From Octopus sinensis (lineage: Eukaryota), in contig NC_042998.1 in NCBI RefSeq assembly GCF_006345805.1, forward strand, positions 192,324,001 through 192,388,000: DNA of 64,000 nt, read 5' to 3'. Below, piece after piece: positions 11,907-25,351 of the stretch; within the stretch, counting starts at the first letter, position 1; each line of letters starts with the position of its first letter. Below the pieces are notes generated by a model. That model saw only the letters and a program-made list of their open reading frames with translations. It was not told where the DNA came from and did not search any database. A program made the translations under genes and the position numbers.

Positions 11907-12221
11907 TATATAATATATATATATAATATATATATATATAATATTATATATATATATATATATCTGTAAATGTAATATGTGACAATTATTTTGTAGCCAT
12001 GATAAAACTCCGAGTTTTGGATGCCGAATAATTTTCACATATTACATTTACAGATAAATTCCTCTATTTACATAATATATAGTTCTCTTTCATTCTTTTG
12101 TTGTCTTACCATTTTTTATCAATATATATATTAGAAGGTTTGGAGATGATGTACAGGTATTATATATAGAAGAATATATATTATATATTTGAAGAAATGA
12201 GATTTCTGAGTACCTCATTTC

Positions 12222-12312
<91 letters not shown>

Positions 12313-12630
12313 TATATAATATATATATATAATATATATATATATAATATTATATATATATATATATATCTGTAAATGTAATATGTGACGATTATTTTGT
12401 AGCCATGATAAAACTCCGAGTTTTGGATGCCGAATAATTTTCACATATTACATTTACAGATAAATTCCTCTATTTACATAATATATAGTTCTCTTTCATT
12501 CTTTTGTTGTCTTACCATTTTTTATCAATATATATATTAGAAGGTTTGGAGATGATGTACAGGTATTATATATAGAAGAATATATATTATATATTTGAAG
12601 AAATGAGATTTCTGAGTACCTCATTTCTTC
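11880..12630. repeat. Tandem duplication, period 406 bp, each unit with a 22-bp perfect inverted repeat
   Basis: TCTGTAAATGTAATATGTGA... occurs at 11963 and 12369. The inverted-repeat arms in unit 1 are 11961-11982 and 12035-12056. Confidence 0.9.
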
Positions 12631-12664
12631 TATATATATATATATATATTATAATATATATATA

Positions 12665-12714
<50 letters not shown>

Positions 12715-13299
12715 TTCTATCTCTCTGTCAATCATCTCTATTTACATATCTGACTGCCCTCTCTCTTAGATACACACACCTTCATTTTTTATGGATTGTA
12801 CTTATAATTAAAAAATTCAACCTTGTCACTTTGTCACACGTTAATTTATCTAAGAATTGTGTGAGAGTACTTAGACGTTAATTTTGTGAATAGGAATTCA
12901 GATGGTCAAACAGCTGACTGCTCATCGTCGAGACCGACGAAGAATCCACCACCTTCGATTGTTGCTTATAATGTTTTATGAATACTCGTATCACTCAACC
13001 GTTGTTTGTTCAGATCCATACCGTGCAAAGATTTTTCTGCAGTGCATAGATAAAGTAAGTTCTTTTACGCGTGTTTTATTTCTTTCTTATAGATGAATTT
13101 TAAAAATATCATGAAAAATAACGTTGTCGTTTATGAGCCTAGTAATGGTGGAAGAACCAGGAACTTTAATTTTGTCCAAAAATTTTAATATATAATATCT
13201 CAAATGCTCTATCGAGATTGCAACTTTGTATCTCACATATTTACAACCATCTTAACTTTTAAGATGTTCGCAAGTACATATACAAATGTGTGTGCTTAC

Positions 13300-13399
13300 G
13301 TATGTGAATGTGTGTGCGTATGTGTGTGCATACATACATTTATACAAATATAAAAAGTATATACATCTATATGTGTATATTTACACGAGCATATATATG

Positions 13400-13446
<47 letters not shown>

Positions 13447-13501
13447 ATGCATGTAAACACATACACACATATATATATATATGCATATATATACATATAT
13501 A

Positions 13502-13542
<41 letters not shown>

Positions 13543-13640
13543 TATATAGTTGTGGACATATGCATATATATAAATATAATATACATACATACGTATATGC
13601 AGTCACATACCTATATATATATATGTCAGTGTGTGTATGC
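13300..13640. repeat. (TA)n/(TG)n compound microsatellite
   Basis: Directly visible. Confidence 0.9.
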
Positions 13641-14210
13641 AAAAAATCCTTCAGTTTATTCTTTTCACCGGCTTCTTTTCTTTTACACCCGCAGTGGTTG
13701 TATATTTTTCTTGGTTGATATAATCTGTATCTTTATTTCAAATTTATTGATTTTTCTGAAACATAAGCACTATTCCACGATTTTGTGACAGCTTTTTGAA
13801 TCTTTCATGCATTTTCTATTAAATCATAAAATTGTCATTAATAGTTTTCTAGACTTTTATTGCTAATATCTGTCCAGATTTTGGACAGCTAAACTCCAAC
13901 AGTTTGAGTTTAGCAGCTACCTTTCACGCCAATTATTTGAAATCTCTTCATTTTAAAATAAAAACACAGATCGTCAATGTGTTCCTCGAATTTTCTTCTC
14001 TTTATTATTCAAAATTTCTTAATTTTTTATTTCTTTTCGTTCGTGAAATTTTTCAATAACAGTTTCTTTTTGCTTCAGGAAGACCATAATTTTGAAAACC
14101 CCTTTTACCGCTAATTCGGTTATTCACGAATGCTATGGGACAATCACCACGCTTGTTTATTCAATGAGTTCTTAATTTATAACATTCTTCTTGCATTATT
14201 TATAATTCTA

Positions 14211-14930
14211 TGGCGATGAGCTGGCAGAACCGTTAGCACGCCGGGCGAAATGCTTAGAGGTTTTTCGTCTGCCGTTACGTTCTGAGTTCAAATTCCGCCG
14301 AGGTCGACTTTGCCTTTCATCCTTTTGGGGTCGATTAAATAAGTACCAGTTACGCACTGTCCCTGTTTATCCTCTGTGTTTAGCCCCTTGTGGGTAATAA
14401 AGAAATAGGTATTTCATCTGCCGTTACGTTCTGAGTTCAAATTCCGCCGAGGTCGACTTTGCCTTTCATCCTTCCTGGGTCGATTAAATAAGTACCAATT
14501 TACGCACTGGGTCAGTATAATCGACTTAATCCGTTTGTCTGTCCTTGTTTGTCCTTTCTGTGTTTAGCCCCTTGTGGGTAATAAAGAAATAGGTATTTCG
14601 TCTGCCGCTACGTTCTGAGTTCAAATTCCGCCGAGGTCGACTTTGCCTTTCATACTTTCGGGGGTCGATAAATTAAGTACCAGTTGCGCACTGGGATCAA
14701 TATAATCGACTTAATCCGTTTGTCTGTCCTTGTTTTTCCTCTCTGTGTTTAGCCCCTTGTGGGTAGTAAAGAAATATGTATTTCGTTTGTCTTTACGCTC
14801 TGAGTTCAAATTCCGCTGAGGTCGACTTCGCCTTTCGGGGTCGATAAATTAAGTAGTTGTTGCGTACTGGGGTCGATCTAATCGACTGTCCCCTTCCCCC
14901 AAAATTTCCAGGCCTTGTGCCTGGAGTAGA
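14211..14930 (+). mobile_element. SINE family A tandem array: one head, three body plus tail-A units, final body plus tail-B unit
   Basis: Units restart at (G)GTATTTC directly after AAAGAAATA at about 14410, 14590 and 14775. The last unit ends in CCCCAAAATTTCCAGGCCTTGTGCC. Confidence 0.9.
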
Positions 14931-15434
14931 ATTGATTACTTATAATTCTGAAAGCGACGGGTTAGCAGAATCATTACCGCGCCGGACAAAATGTTTTGCG
15001 GCATGTATTCCGGTTCTTAACATTCTAAGTTCAAGTGCTGCTGAGATCGATTTTGCCATTCATCCTTTTGGGATTGAGCACTGAGGTCGATGTAATTGGC
15101 CTGACTCTGAAAACTTTGAGGCCTTGTAGCTATACTGGAAATCAGTATTAAAAGGCGACGACCTGACAGAGTGGTTAGCAATTCGAACAAAATGCATTTC
15201 TTCCTTCTCATTCCGTTGCGAGTTCAAATACCCCCGAGTGGGATCTAGTCCTTCTCATTCGCAAAATGAACCCCACTTAATTTTGCTCAGATCGCTTTCA
15301 ATTTTGGTGCACCGATGCAACTCTGAATTTCGATCACGACCTCGTAAATTAAAGAATCTGATGTTATTTGGCATTAAAGTTGGGAAATTTGGGTAATTTT
15401 AGCTAATCAACATATAGCTTGGCATTAGCAGCTT

Positions 15435-15448
15435 GTTACCATGACAAC
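15435..15448. promoter_or_regulatory. RFX X-box-like palindrome GTTACCATGACAAC
   Basis: Differs at two positions from the ideal GTTGCCATGGCAAC. It lies in unique sequence and is followed by a UTR-like stretch. Confidence 0.35.
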
Positions 15449-17075
15449 CACACGCTGATCTGTGGTTCACTGTTGTCTGTGCCGCTGTTGTCTATATTGA
15501 TTTTTCACACTTAATTCTTCACACCACGAGATTCTTTTCATCTGCGTGTTTTGTTTTAATTTTTTCTGTGTTAATATATTACATATTTTTCTGTGCTTCT
15601 GTGTGTCAATATTTTTATGTGCTTTTTTTCTGTGTTTTAGTATTTTAAATATTAAGTTGGCTCCCTTCGAGCACAAACTTGCATGAAGTACAAACGTCTG
15701 CGTGTTGTTTAACATACATCTCAGGAAAAAAAACAGCTATCTTATATTCAATAAGCTTTGTGACACCCTGGTGGTATATATCATTGTGGCAAACGTAAAA
15801 CCGCCTATAATTGTATTGTTATATATATTAATTACCAGGGTGACACACGACTTCACTGGTTATCCACGCCGGTTATATCGAGCATAAACTTACACGAAGT
15901 ATAGGTGTGTGTCTGCATGTATGTTGTTTTATATAATTTCGGGGTACATTAATATATTTCTACACTTTGTAGGTTTTCTGGTACCCTGGTAGTCCTTATA
16001 ACTGTATCGTTACATATATTAAATACCAAGGTTACTCTCGATTTGGTGTGTGTGTGTGTGTGTGTATTGTTCATGGTATTAATTATAAGTTCTTAAAATA
16101 TAATTTTCTTTATCGCGCGTGAGTGAAAATCGAACAAACCTAAGAGTAACCTCTCCTCTCCACTTTTTCTTTCTTCGATCCAAAACAATAATTTCCCGCC
16201 CAACCGAGAAATTAAGTTTGGAAATATGTGTGCGTGTGTGCATGTGTATATGTGTGTGTGTGTGTATACGTGCGTGTGTGTGTGTGTATTTCTTCCAACA
16301 TTTGGGGTCTTAAAACATTCCTTATTAACTTCATTTTTTTAAAAGTATTTTTATTGCAAATTAATGCGATTTCTCCCAAGATTAATTAGTGCAAATATAA
16401 TCAGTAATTCAGAATTAATAATTAAAGGCGCGTTGCTAATTAAGAACATTTCGCAAAAACATATAAGATACAGGTATTCTTTTTCTTGGGACAAATTCTT
16501 TGTTGACCTGTGTTATTCTTATCGTAGTTTACAAATCAAAGCATGAAAACTTTACCCAACTTTGAGGTTTTTGAGGCAGAGGTTCCCCCCTCCCAGTTTT
16601 TCACTCACAGCTTTTCCGGCTCAGTGAAATAATGTACTAGTCATGTACTTTGATCGACTAATCCGTCAGCACAAAATTTCAGTCCTCGAGTCTATAGTAG
16701 AAATAAGTATTTATACTTCTGCTTGCGTTCCTGATGGCATAACATTGTTTACTAAATTTATATAGTTATTTATTTTATTTTTATTTTATCTAGTTTCAGC
16801 TCACGAGCTGTGGCCATGCTGGGGCACCGCCAATGTTTATTATTTACTCATCGTTTACCTTAAATGCTATTGGATCTTTATTTTGTAGTTTCTTTTGTTT
16901 TATTTTTCTGTTTTATGCTTTTGGAATTATTCTTCGTACTGGGTGCTGGAAAAAAATTGTTCTGTACTTAGTCTTCACAATTCCTCCAAAAGCCGTGTGT
17001 GTTCCACTTGAACTATAAGTATATCTAGTACAAGAGGAAAGAATTGAATGAAATTGTTTCAATATTCTGTTGTGG

Positions 17076-17342
17076 CTGGGGAGAGTCATTTTCTTTTTGT
17101 GCCTTATAATCTAACACACTCACCGGTAAAATTTCCACTTATTTCTTATTTTTATTTTCCTAAAATTTTCTTTGGCGTCTTGCAACTTTTTCAATAGTCT
17201 TGACTATTGAGAGTCAAGACTATTGAAAAGGTTGCAAGACGCCAAAGAAAATTTTAGGAAAATAAAAATAAGAAATGAGTGGAAATTTTACCGGTGAGTG
17301 TGTTAGATTATAAGGCACAAAAAAGAAAATGACTCTCCCCAG
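17076..17342. repeat. 267-bp palindrome (130-bp arms, 6-nt loop ATTGAG)
   Basis: The left arm ends at 17205 and the right arm starts at 17212. The arms are nearly identical and belong to the family at 1052-1632. Confidence 0.92.
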
Positions 17343-18069
17343 ATACAACTGAATATGCTTCAACACACGAACTCAAATAAAGAATCTTGCAAACCAAATC
17401 CAAAAACGAAATATTTCAATATTAGTTTAATATGAAATAGTTGTATACACATTAATAATAGCATAATTCATTTAATTATTTACAATATATCCAAATAATT
17501 GTATATTGAACGTAACACTGGATTTATTTAATTAAGAAATCGAGCAAATCTTACGTCATTTTTAACTTTAAGAATTTATGCTTTTGGTACTTGTTAGAAT
17601 TAATATTTTTGCTAGAGTATTCCTTATCAAAGCGATGTGCATGCGTGTCCTTTTTTCACCCAAATTGTGTTGTGAATTTTATTACTTCTTTGTTGACTGT
17701 TACCCCTTTATCAGTCCCAATAATTTGTCTATGCTGTTCAGTTCTTTATCTCTTGCTATCTCTTCGACTCCCTTGGGTAAAGGAATTTATTACCAGGCCT
17801 CCCCATCTCCTTTTCTCCTCGAACAAGCGTTCTTTTCCCTTCCACTTAATTACATCTGCAAACTCACTCACCTAATTTTCTTTTTATGTCGACCTACCCT
17901 CTAAATAATGCTTTCGTTGGTCATTTGATTTTGATTTGTTTTTTCATTTTCTTCTTTCAACTTGCCATTCGTGCTGTGGATGTTTTATCATATATTGTCC
18001 ACCTATTGTCATCTGTAGTAGCGGCATAAATTCTCGAAGCCTACTAAGTTCCTGTGGATGGTACTTACC

Positions 18070-18291
<222 letters not shown>

Positions 18292-21018
18292 TAAAACAAA
18301 CTGGGAGGAAAGAGACGGAACGAAGTGAGAATTTGAAAAATCGAAAATTCAAACGAACTCGACGCGAAGCGCTGTCAGACAATAGTGTAATAAATAAAAT
18401 ATATGCATACATACAAACATATATGTACGTACCGACATCTACATGTATTATTTATATATGCATGTATATATACATGTAGATGTCGGTACGTACATATATG
18501 TTTGTATGTATGCATATATTTTATTTATTACACTATATATATATATATACACTCTTTTACTCTTTTACTTGTTTCAGTCAATTGACTGCAGCCATGCTGG
18601 AGCACCGCCTTTAAAAAATATGGAACGCTTCACGAATTTGTGTCATCCTTGCATATATATATATATATATATATATAATTGATTATAATCACTTTATTTG
18701 ATTATACTATATTGTGTGTGGTTGGTGCTTTTTTCTCTGTAAATATGGGTACTAATTTATTTATGAGATCACCATTTAACTTTACAAAGAATATAATCTT
18801 ATAATAATAACAGAAATGAAGGCCAGTAATTCAGTAATATTCATAGGTAATGAAGAAAACTAAACAAAACTTAATAGTAACGTACATAAGTTCATCTCGC
18901 CATTCCTGTGGCAGACGAGGATCTTAATGTCTTAACGTGAGACCTGTTTGTGTATACCAACTGTTGATGGATGACGTTTCTATTGATGCTGAAGAAAAAA
19001 AGGTTTTATACTTATTCTTAATGCAATTGTTTTAAAGATTACTACTTTTAAGATGATAGCTTTAAAATGTAATATCATAATATATAGGTTGATTGTTTTT
19101 GTCACTTCATGAAGTATGAGAGAATTTTATAAACTCAGATGCAGGATATCTGACATTTTCTATAAAATTTTGTACGGGAAATAAAGAAACTACTGGTGAT
19201 TCTGTTTTTGTGTTTTAGGTGTTTCGTTCCAGGTTAATCCTGATCAGGCAATCCCTTGATCAAAGGTATTCCAGTTGTCATGATCCAGTACTCTTTTGAG
19301 CTTATAGGACTATATTGTCTAAATGGGTCCTTCACAAAAAGAAAACAGTAAGGTGTGGTTTACGAGTGATTTGTTTACTACTTCTAGCAACTCGTGCGAC
19401 AGTTCAGAAGCTGCTTCATTGGCTCGAAATAAAAATATTAATTACCTTTGGTCATTCAGTATGTATTTTCTTCTACGTTCTAATGATTTTGCTATTCCAA
19501 AATAACTGTAGCTTCATTTTGAATATCGAGTATCTAGGTTTTGATTGCTTTTCTGTTTTCAGTGTCCATCTATTTAAACTAATAACAAATATGTTATTTC
19601 ATTATTCCTAGATACTTGCTTCTTTATCTTTGTAATTTCAGCAAGTTTCGTTGCTTCAATCAAATAACGTTCAACCAGTAACTCGTCTATTGAAGCCTCC
19701 TTCGGCAAGATATGTTTGTTAGTATGGTTATGAAAGCGTTTAATGGCTAATTCATAGCTCATGAATGTCGACGGAAATCAATTTGTCACTTAAGTGTCAA
19801 TCCAGCAAAGTTCTTTAAAATCCTTCTTAGCCTCATTAGCTTTCATTCAATTTGTCGCCATACGTTCAGTGATGTTGTATTTAAAGTATTCCTAAACGGT
19901 TAGTTCATTAACACGTTTATGAATGAATGTGCGTATGCATGCTGGTTAGTTTCTGTGTGTTTCTTCTGAGATCCCTAATTTCATTTTTCAAGTGGAGATC
20001 AAATTTCACTTGCTGATAGAGGTTACTTATGATTGACAAACCTATCAAAATATCTCACTTTTCAGAAAATAAAATAATTGTATTCCAGCCTGGCTATGTA
20101 ATGGCTGAAACTAAAAAGCATCAGTGTTACCGTTAGCGGGGGAAAACTGTCAGTTGTAGCAGCTACATTATCATCGATTGCAGAAACCTCTCTTGCAAGT
20201 CTGCCACTTTTTATTGAACTTTGATTATGGTTGATCCACCAGCTGCCAACTAACTTGTCGAATCTGTAATCAATAAAAGCGTGTTTGACAGGAAAGTTGG
20301 TCCGTAGTCTAAAGTTGCCAGTCTCGACAGTTCCCTGTTTGTTATCAACTTCATTCTTTGCTTAAATTAAAAAAAAAAAAGGAAGTGAATAAACAGAAGA
20401 TTAATGTCAATCTTACTCATGGCATTTTACGGTTAAAAGAAAAGCAACAGTAACCTGGTTAGATACTCCATTATTCTGTTACTTTACGAGGAGTGTTTTG
20501 AGGAGAAAATCACAGCACTTCAGTGCAGTATTCCTGAATAATTTTCCATATATTCTTGACTTTGCTTTCCTATTTATTTTTACTATTCTTTTCAGGTTTA
20601 CCATTCCAACGGAAATGGGTTAATATGTTTTGATAAATTACAGTATTTTACTTTCTACAGACATTTTCTCTCTCTTTTTATTTTAAATATGGGAAAATAA
20701 AAACTTCATCAGTGTCAAGTTAGTATGAGATTCAACGTTAAGTGAACAGTGACAAAGAAACGTTGCCAACTAGAAATAGTTTTTTATGTTTTTTAAATTA
20801 ATCAATTTCTAGTGGGGATTATTTTCTGCCTGTTTTATTATATAATTTACACAGAGGAATGAAGAAAGAAGGATGTAAAGGTAAAACTATTATTACAGTA
20901 TCATTTTGTTAGGTACTGAAACCTTCTTTAAGAGTTTTTAGCCAATCATACCAAAACCCTGCACTTGCATAAGCGTGGTACTTGTTTTACAGATTTATAC
21001 ACACGCACACACTTGCAC

Positions 21019-21225
21019 GACCGCGTGTGTATTGTTGACGAGTTTTTTTCCACCGTCTTCCCTTCCTTGGATCTTTCCTTTTCCTATGTTTCTGACGAAG
21101 AGCTCCGCTCGAAACGTTAAATCCTCCTTCTGTCTTTCCTTTCCTGAGCGTCCAATAACACTATACTTGTTCCACGTCCTCGTGTTGTTGTGTTTTCTTT
21201 TTGTGTTTTCATGTTTGGATTAACT
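21019..21225 (+). mobile_element. Penelope-type terminal repeat
   Basis: Same family as 3474-3665; contains the hammerhead motif listed next. Confidence 0.75.
21088..21122 (+). ncRNA. Minimal type I hammerhead-ribozyme-like motif
   Basis: GTTT-CTGACGA-A-GAGC-TCC-GCTC-GAAA-CGT-T-AAAT. The core is intact, with a 4-bp stem II, a self-complementary ACGT stem III (dimer type) and a 4-bp stem I. Confidence 0.6.
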
Positions 21226-21239
21226 ATACATATAAGAGA

Positions 21240-21960
21240 AAGAACTCCCTAGAATTTCTGTTTAACCACTTCCTCATTGACAGTAAGCTGAAAATAGAAT
21301 AGAAGACACCTGTTCAAGATATTGCACAATGGAATTGATTCCTGGACTGTTTCTGACAATCGAACTTTTTGATCACATGGGTATGCTTGCACCTACCAGA
21401 CTCTAACCAGATCGTCGATAAATCAAAAGGCGACAATAATAATGACAGTAACCGTAAAATCCAAGTGAAAGATACGATGCAACACCTACCTTACAACCAG
21501 ACCATAAGTGCCGATGACCATGATGCAGTTTTTCACCAAGCTGTGTAACAGTATCTGTAGAATGGGTGAATGGTTGCAGACGAATATGAACAGTCTTCGT
21601 TGCACTTACTGCGGTTGCAGGTACAACTTATTACTGAGAGCACAATACATTACTCCTCGCAACCCACGTCATCAGGAACATGCTGAGAACTCGACTGAAA
21701 AGGACCAAACCGACAAATGAAGAACAGTTCTTGGAAGATCATATGGGGTTTCGTAAGTAGAAGGCCCGAAGAACAAGATATCTAATGCCAGGGCCCCTCA
21801 TGCCAGAGAAAATAAGAGAACATTGACTGTAAAATGGTCTCCGCCTCATTTCGACATTTCACGTTGCGGAAGGTATTACAGATGATTGAATTCGAAAGCT
21901 CAGAAGTATTTCATATTGCGGAGTTTCTTCATAATTAAAACAACGCACTTATTTGCATAC
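21240..21960 (+). mobile_element. Degenerate RTE-like LINE fragment
   Basis: Around 21630-21710 the sequence resembles the RTE 'CxNYRTISLISHxxKxML...RLK' block, with frameshifts. Confidence 0.4.
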
Positions 21961-21989
21961 CAATGTCCCTGCTTCGTATTCTCACTCTT

Positions 21990-24110
21990 TGTATAAGAAA
22001 ATGTATGTCAGTTTAGTTTTCCATACACCAGTTTGAGATCGTTCATAAATAGTATGTGATATATTGTCAACCTGGTTTTGGCAAAATTATAGGCAGTCCT
22101 GTATTTTCTCAATCTGTATGCCAGGGTAGTTAATGTAATGACGAAAAGTAATGGAGTGAGTCTCCTTGAAATATTCCCCAACAAATTTCCAAAATTTATT
22201 GTTATTTCCCATGATTTCATTGCCTTTTCTAAAAAAAATATTTACTCCTCTCATTGATCCTGAGTGTACTCAGACACTCTAAGGGTCAAACGTGTGGAAC
22301 ATCATCGTAGGCTTTCTTGTAAGTGCTTCTTTCTTATTTGTTACCATACTATCGATATACAGCAGATCAACAGTTCCTTTTGACTTCTTTTTGCACCCCT
22401 TTTGTTCCTCTGGTTATAGTTTCCCATTCTCCTGGACGCTATATACTTCAGCTGCCATGAAGCTAGTGAATAATTCCCCGTGTAATTGTAAGCATATTAT
22501 AGGCTTATAATTACTTTCCCTCCCTTCGTCTTTGTCTCTTTGTCCTTTTATATTGGCACTGTTTTTCCTTTAGTCATTCCATAATGGTGATCCATTTTCG
22601 ATACAGTTAGTATGACACAGTTGTTTATAGATGTCCATAAAGAGAGGTTTTTTTAAGTTAAAATCCCAGAACACCATCTGCTCCAGGTGCGTTCCTCCAA
22701 CTTGATGTTTTCTTAAGTATGTTTATCACTTTCTCATCTGTAATATTTGTATTCTCTTCCTTCAATATATTTCTGGTTTACTTGTAACTTTCTGCAACCA
22801 GTCCGCTTCCCTATTGAACCTTTTTCCAAATATCTGACCAAACGTTTCTTGCTGCTTCAGCACTAGGCTCAGTATTCCCTAGGCGTTCATTTTCATTGTT
22901 TAGCTGTTGGTGAGATTTCGTTATATGTTTTTAAAGAGTCTGTTTTGATCTTTAGTTAATTCTTTGTTGGTATCTAATTTTATATTTTTTTTCATCACCT
23001 TAATTTGTATCAATTCCATTCATTAGCAACCTGTAATCCCCTGTTGCTTATTTACTTTCTTCGAAGCTCATTTCTGCGTCTTTCTTTCATCATTTTTTAA
23101 TTACATTTGTCGTTTCAAAATTTCTGTTAAGTTGTTCAAATTGATTTCCACGTCCTTCATTTCCACCATGGGTACTATGTTTTTCTGTGGAGGCGCAATG
23201 GCCCAGTGGTTAGGGCAGCGGACTCGCGGTCGTAGGATCGCGGTTTCGATTCCCAGACCGGGCGTTGTGAGTGTTTATTGAGCGAAAACACCTAAAGTTC
23301 CACGAGGCTCCGGCAGGGGATGGTGGTGATCCCTGCTGTACTCTTTCACCACAACTTTCTCTCACTCTTACTTCTGTTTCTGTTGTACCTGTGTTTCAAA
23401 GGGCCGGCCTTGTCACTCTCTGTGTCACGCTGAATATCCCCGAGAACTACGTTAAGGGTACACGTTTCTGTGGAGTGCTCAGCCACTTACACGTTAATTT
23501 CACGAGCAGGCTGTTCCGTTGATTCGGATCAACCGGAACCCTCGTCGTCGTAACCGACGGAGTGCTTCCACTATGTTTTTCTAGAGCAACATATGCTGCA
23601 CCGTATATGAAGTCGTTTAGGTTTGTTATATTTTCGGTATAGATTTTCATTAATGATTTGTCCAACTTTTTTACGTTGTTTTTCTCCTTCGATTCCTCTC
23701 ACACTGTTAGTAACTCTCTTTCACTAGTTTGAGTCTCGGTTAGCTGTTATATGCTGTAAACTTATTTTCTTCAATGTAACATCCTTTCCTTCCACGAAGT
23801 AAAATTTGTTATCATCCTGGCTATTATCGATCACCAGTTGATTTATTGGAGCCAAGGACTTCTGGATAGATTTCCTTTTTTTTCCCCTTTAGTTTTTCAC
23901 TTTTTATGAAAACTTTTCCATTGTTTTTTGAAGATTACATTTTTCTGATCTAGAAGTCTTTGTTCTGTGACAAGGAACATGTCTTGCTCTCTCCATATTT
24001 TATACATCCTTTTCCAATATCCTATTTTGGCAAACTCGCTACTATAGTAGCATTCTGTCACGGTCCTATTATCGTTATGGGACTATTTTCTCACAATCTT
24101 AACAGCAGTA
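21990..24110 (-). mobile_element. Degenerate R4/Dong-type LINE (5' part and RT), interrupted by a SINE
   Basis: Minus-strand remnants GNI(F)QGDSL(T)PLLFVITL...HILFMNDLKL near 22010-22190, and PSAEAARNVWSDIW near 22830-22880. Confidence 0.75.
23187..23569 (+). mobile_element. tRNA-derived SINE family C, full length with 13-bp TSD
   Basis: Head GGCCCAGTGGTTAGGG...GGTTTCGATTCCC. The TSD ACTATGTTTTTCT lies at 23174-23186 and 23570-23582. Confidence 0.93.
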
Positions 24111-25179
24111 GTTGAATAATGGCAAGGCCCATCCTGTAAAGCAGTGAGAAACATCATTTCTACGGCGATGCCAGCCAAGGTTAAAGAAATTTTCTTCCCT
24201 TTATGGTAGACCTAGCTTTGAAAGGGCAACCTGTATCGGTTTTGGTGTCGGAGTACACATTATCATTATTACTACTATCACAAGCCTATAGTTAGGATAA
24301 TAATGGTGGCGTTATCGGCAGCAATACTGATAAAGAAATATTATTTGGATGGCCATTGACTTTCCTGAGTTTATCCGCTATTTGTCGTATCTTGTTTTTC
24401 GTCTTGCAGGATATCTAACTTGAAAGGCACCCCTTCGTCATGGAGCATGCTCTGTCTGGTTGCCATTTTAGTATCCGATGTCTCGACATTTATGGATGCT
24501 TATCAAATATTCTCAATCACGTTATGATTTCCGACCTTCTACCACGGATTTTGGCCACCATTCCGGAAGCGGTGAGGTAAAACAGAAATTGAAAGAAAAG
24601 ATAGAAAAAATTGAGAAAGGAGGTAAAGGCTTTCACACTTCGACCTGAAGGACTCTGGCACTGATATAATAGACTGGTGGACAGTTTAGTTGGGTGTCAG
24701 CGTCGGTACTGGGGAAAAGTAGTGAACTGTAGGTGTAGTTGGAGGGGAAGAATCTATTGAATCCAAGACCTACCACCAGTGATTACTCCAAGAATTCATT
24801 ACTAAGAACTTGATAGTGTAGGAAGAAAAAGAATCAGGGGGAGAAAGAGAGAGAGGGAAAGAGAGAAGAAATAGTAAGAGAGTTGTCATGCTTATTTCTT
24901 CAAATAACACTTCCAATCATCAGTTAAGCTCAGAAGCCATGAGAACCACTGCCTGGTACTGCATCAAGGCATGGTACTGTATCAGGGCATTAATGTTATT
25001 ACTATTATTATTATTATTGTTGCTGTTGTTGTTGTTGTTATTATTATTGTTGTTATTGCAGTGTGCTGGCAGAATTGTTAGCACGTCGGGTGAAATGCTT
25101 AGCGGTATTTCGTTTGCTGTTATGTTTGATTTCAAATTCCACCGAGGTCAACTTTGCCTTTCATACTTCCACTAGAAAA

Positions 25180-25310
25180 TATTATCATTATTATTATTAT
25201 CATTATTATTATCATTATTACTATTATCATTATTATTATTATCATTATTATTATCGTTATTATTATCGTTATTATTATTATTATTATTATTATCATCATC
25301 ATCATCATCA

Positions 25311-25350
<40 letters not shown>
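25180..25350. repeat. (ATT)n/(ATC)n microsatellite
   Basis: Directly visible. Confidence 0.95.

Positions 25351-25351
<1 letters not shown>

Noticed and set aside
12893-13054. Plus-strand ORF/exon with a GTAAGT donor (MVKQLTAHRR...)
   Set aside because: No recognisable product and no convincing partner exons.
14211-14930. Regular repeats that might suggest a CRISPR-like array
   Set aside because: The units are contiguous ~180-bp SINE bodies with no unique spacers, in a eukaryotic context.
19320-19890. Protein-like minus-strand frame including ORF 19574..19762
   Set aside because: About 9 stops in about 190 codons is what random AT-rich DNA gives, and no family is recognisable.
23187-23265. 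tRNA-like sequence (also at 45306 and 49475)
   Set aside because: It is the head of a SINE with a TSD and a 300-bp body, and has no complete cloverleaf.
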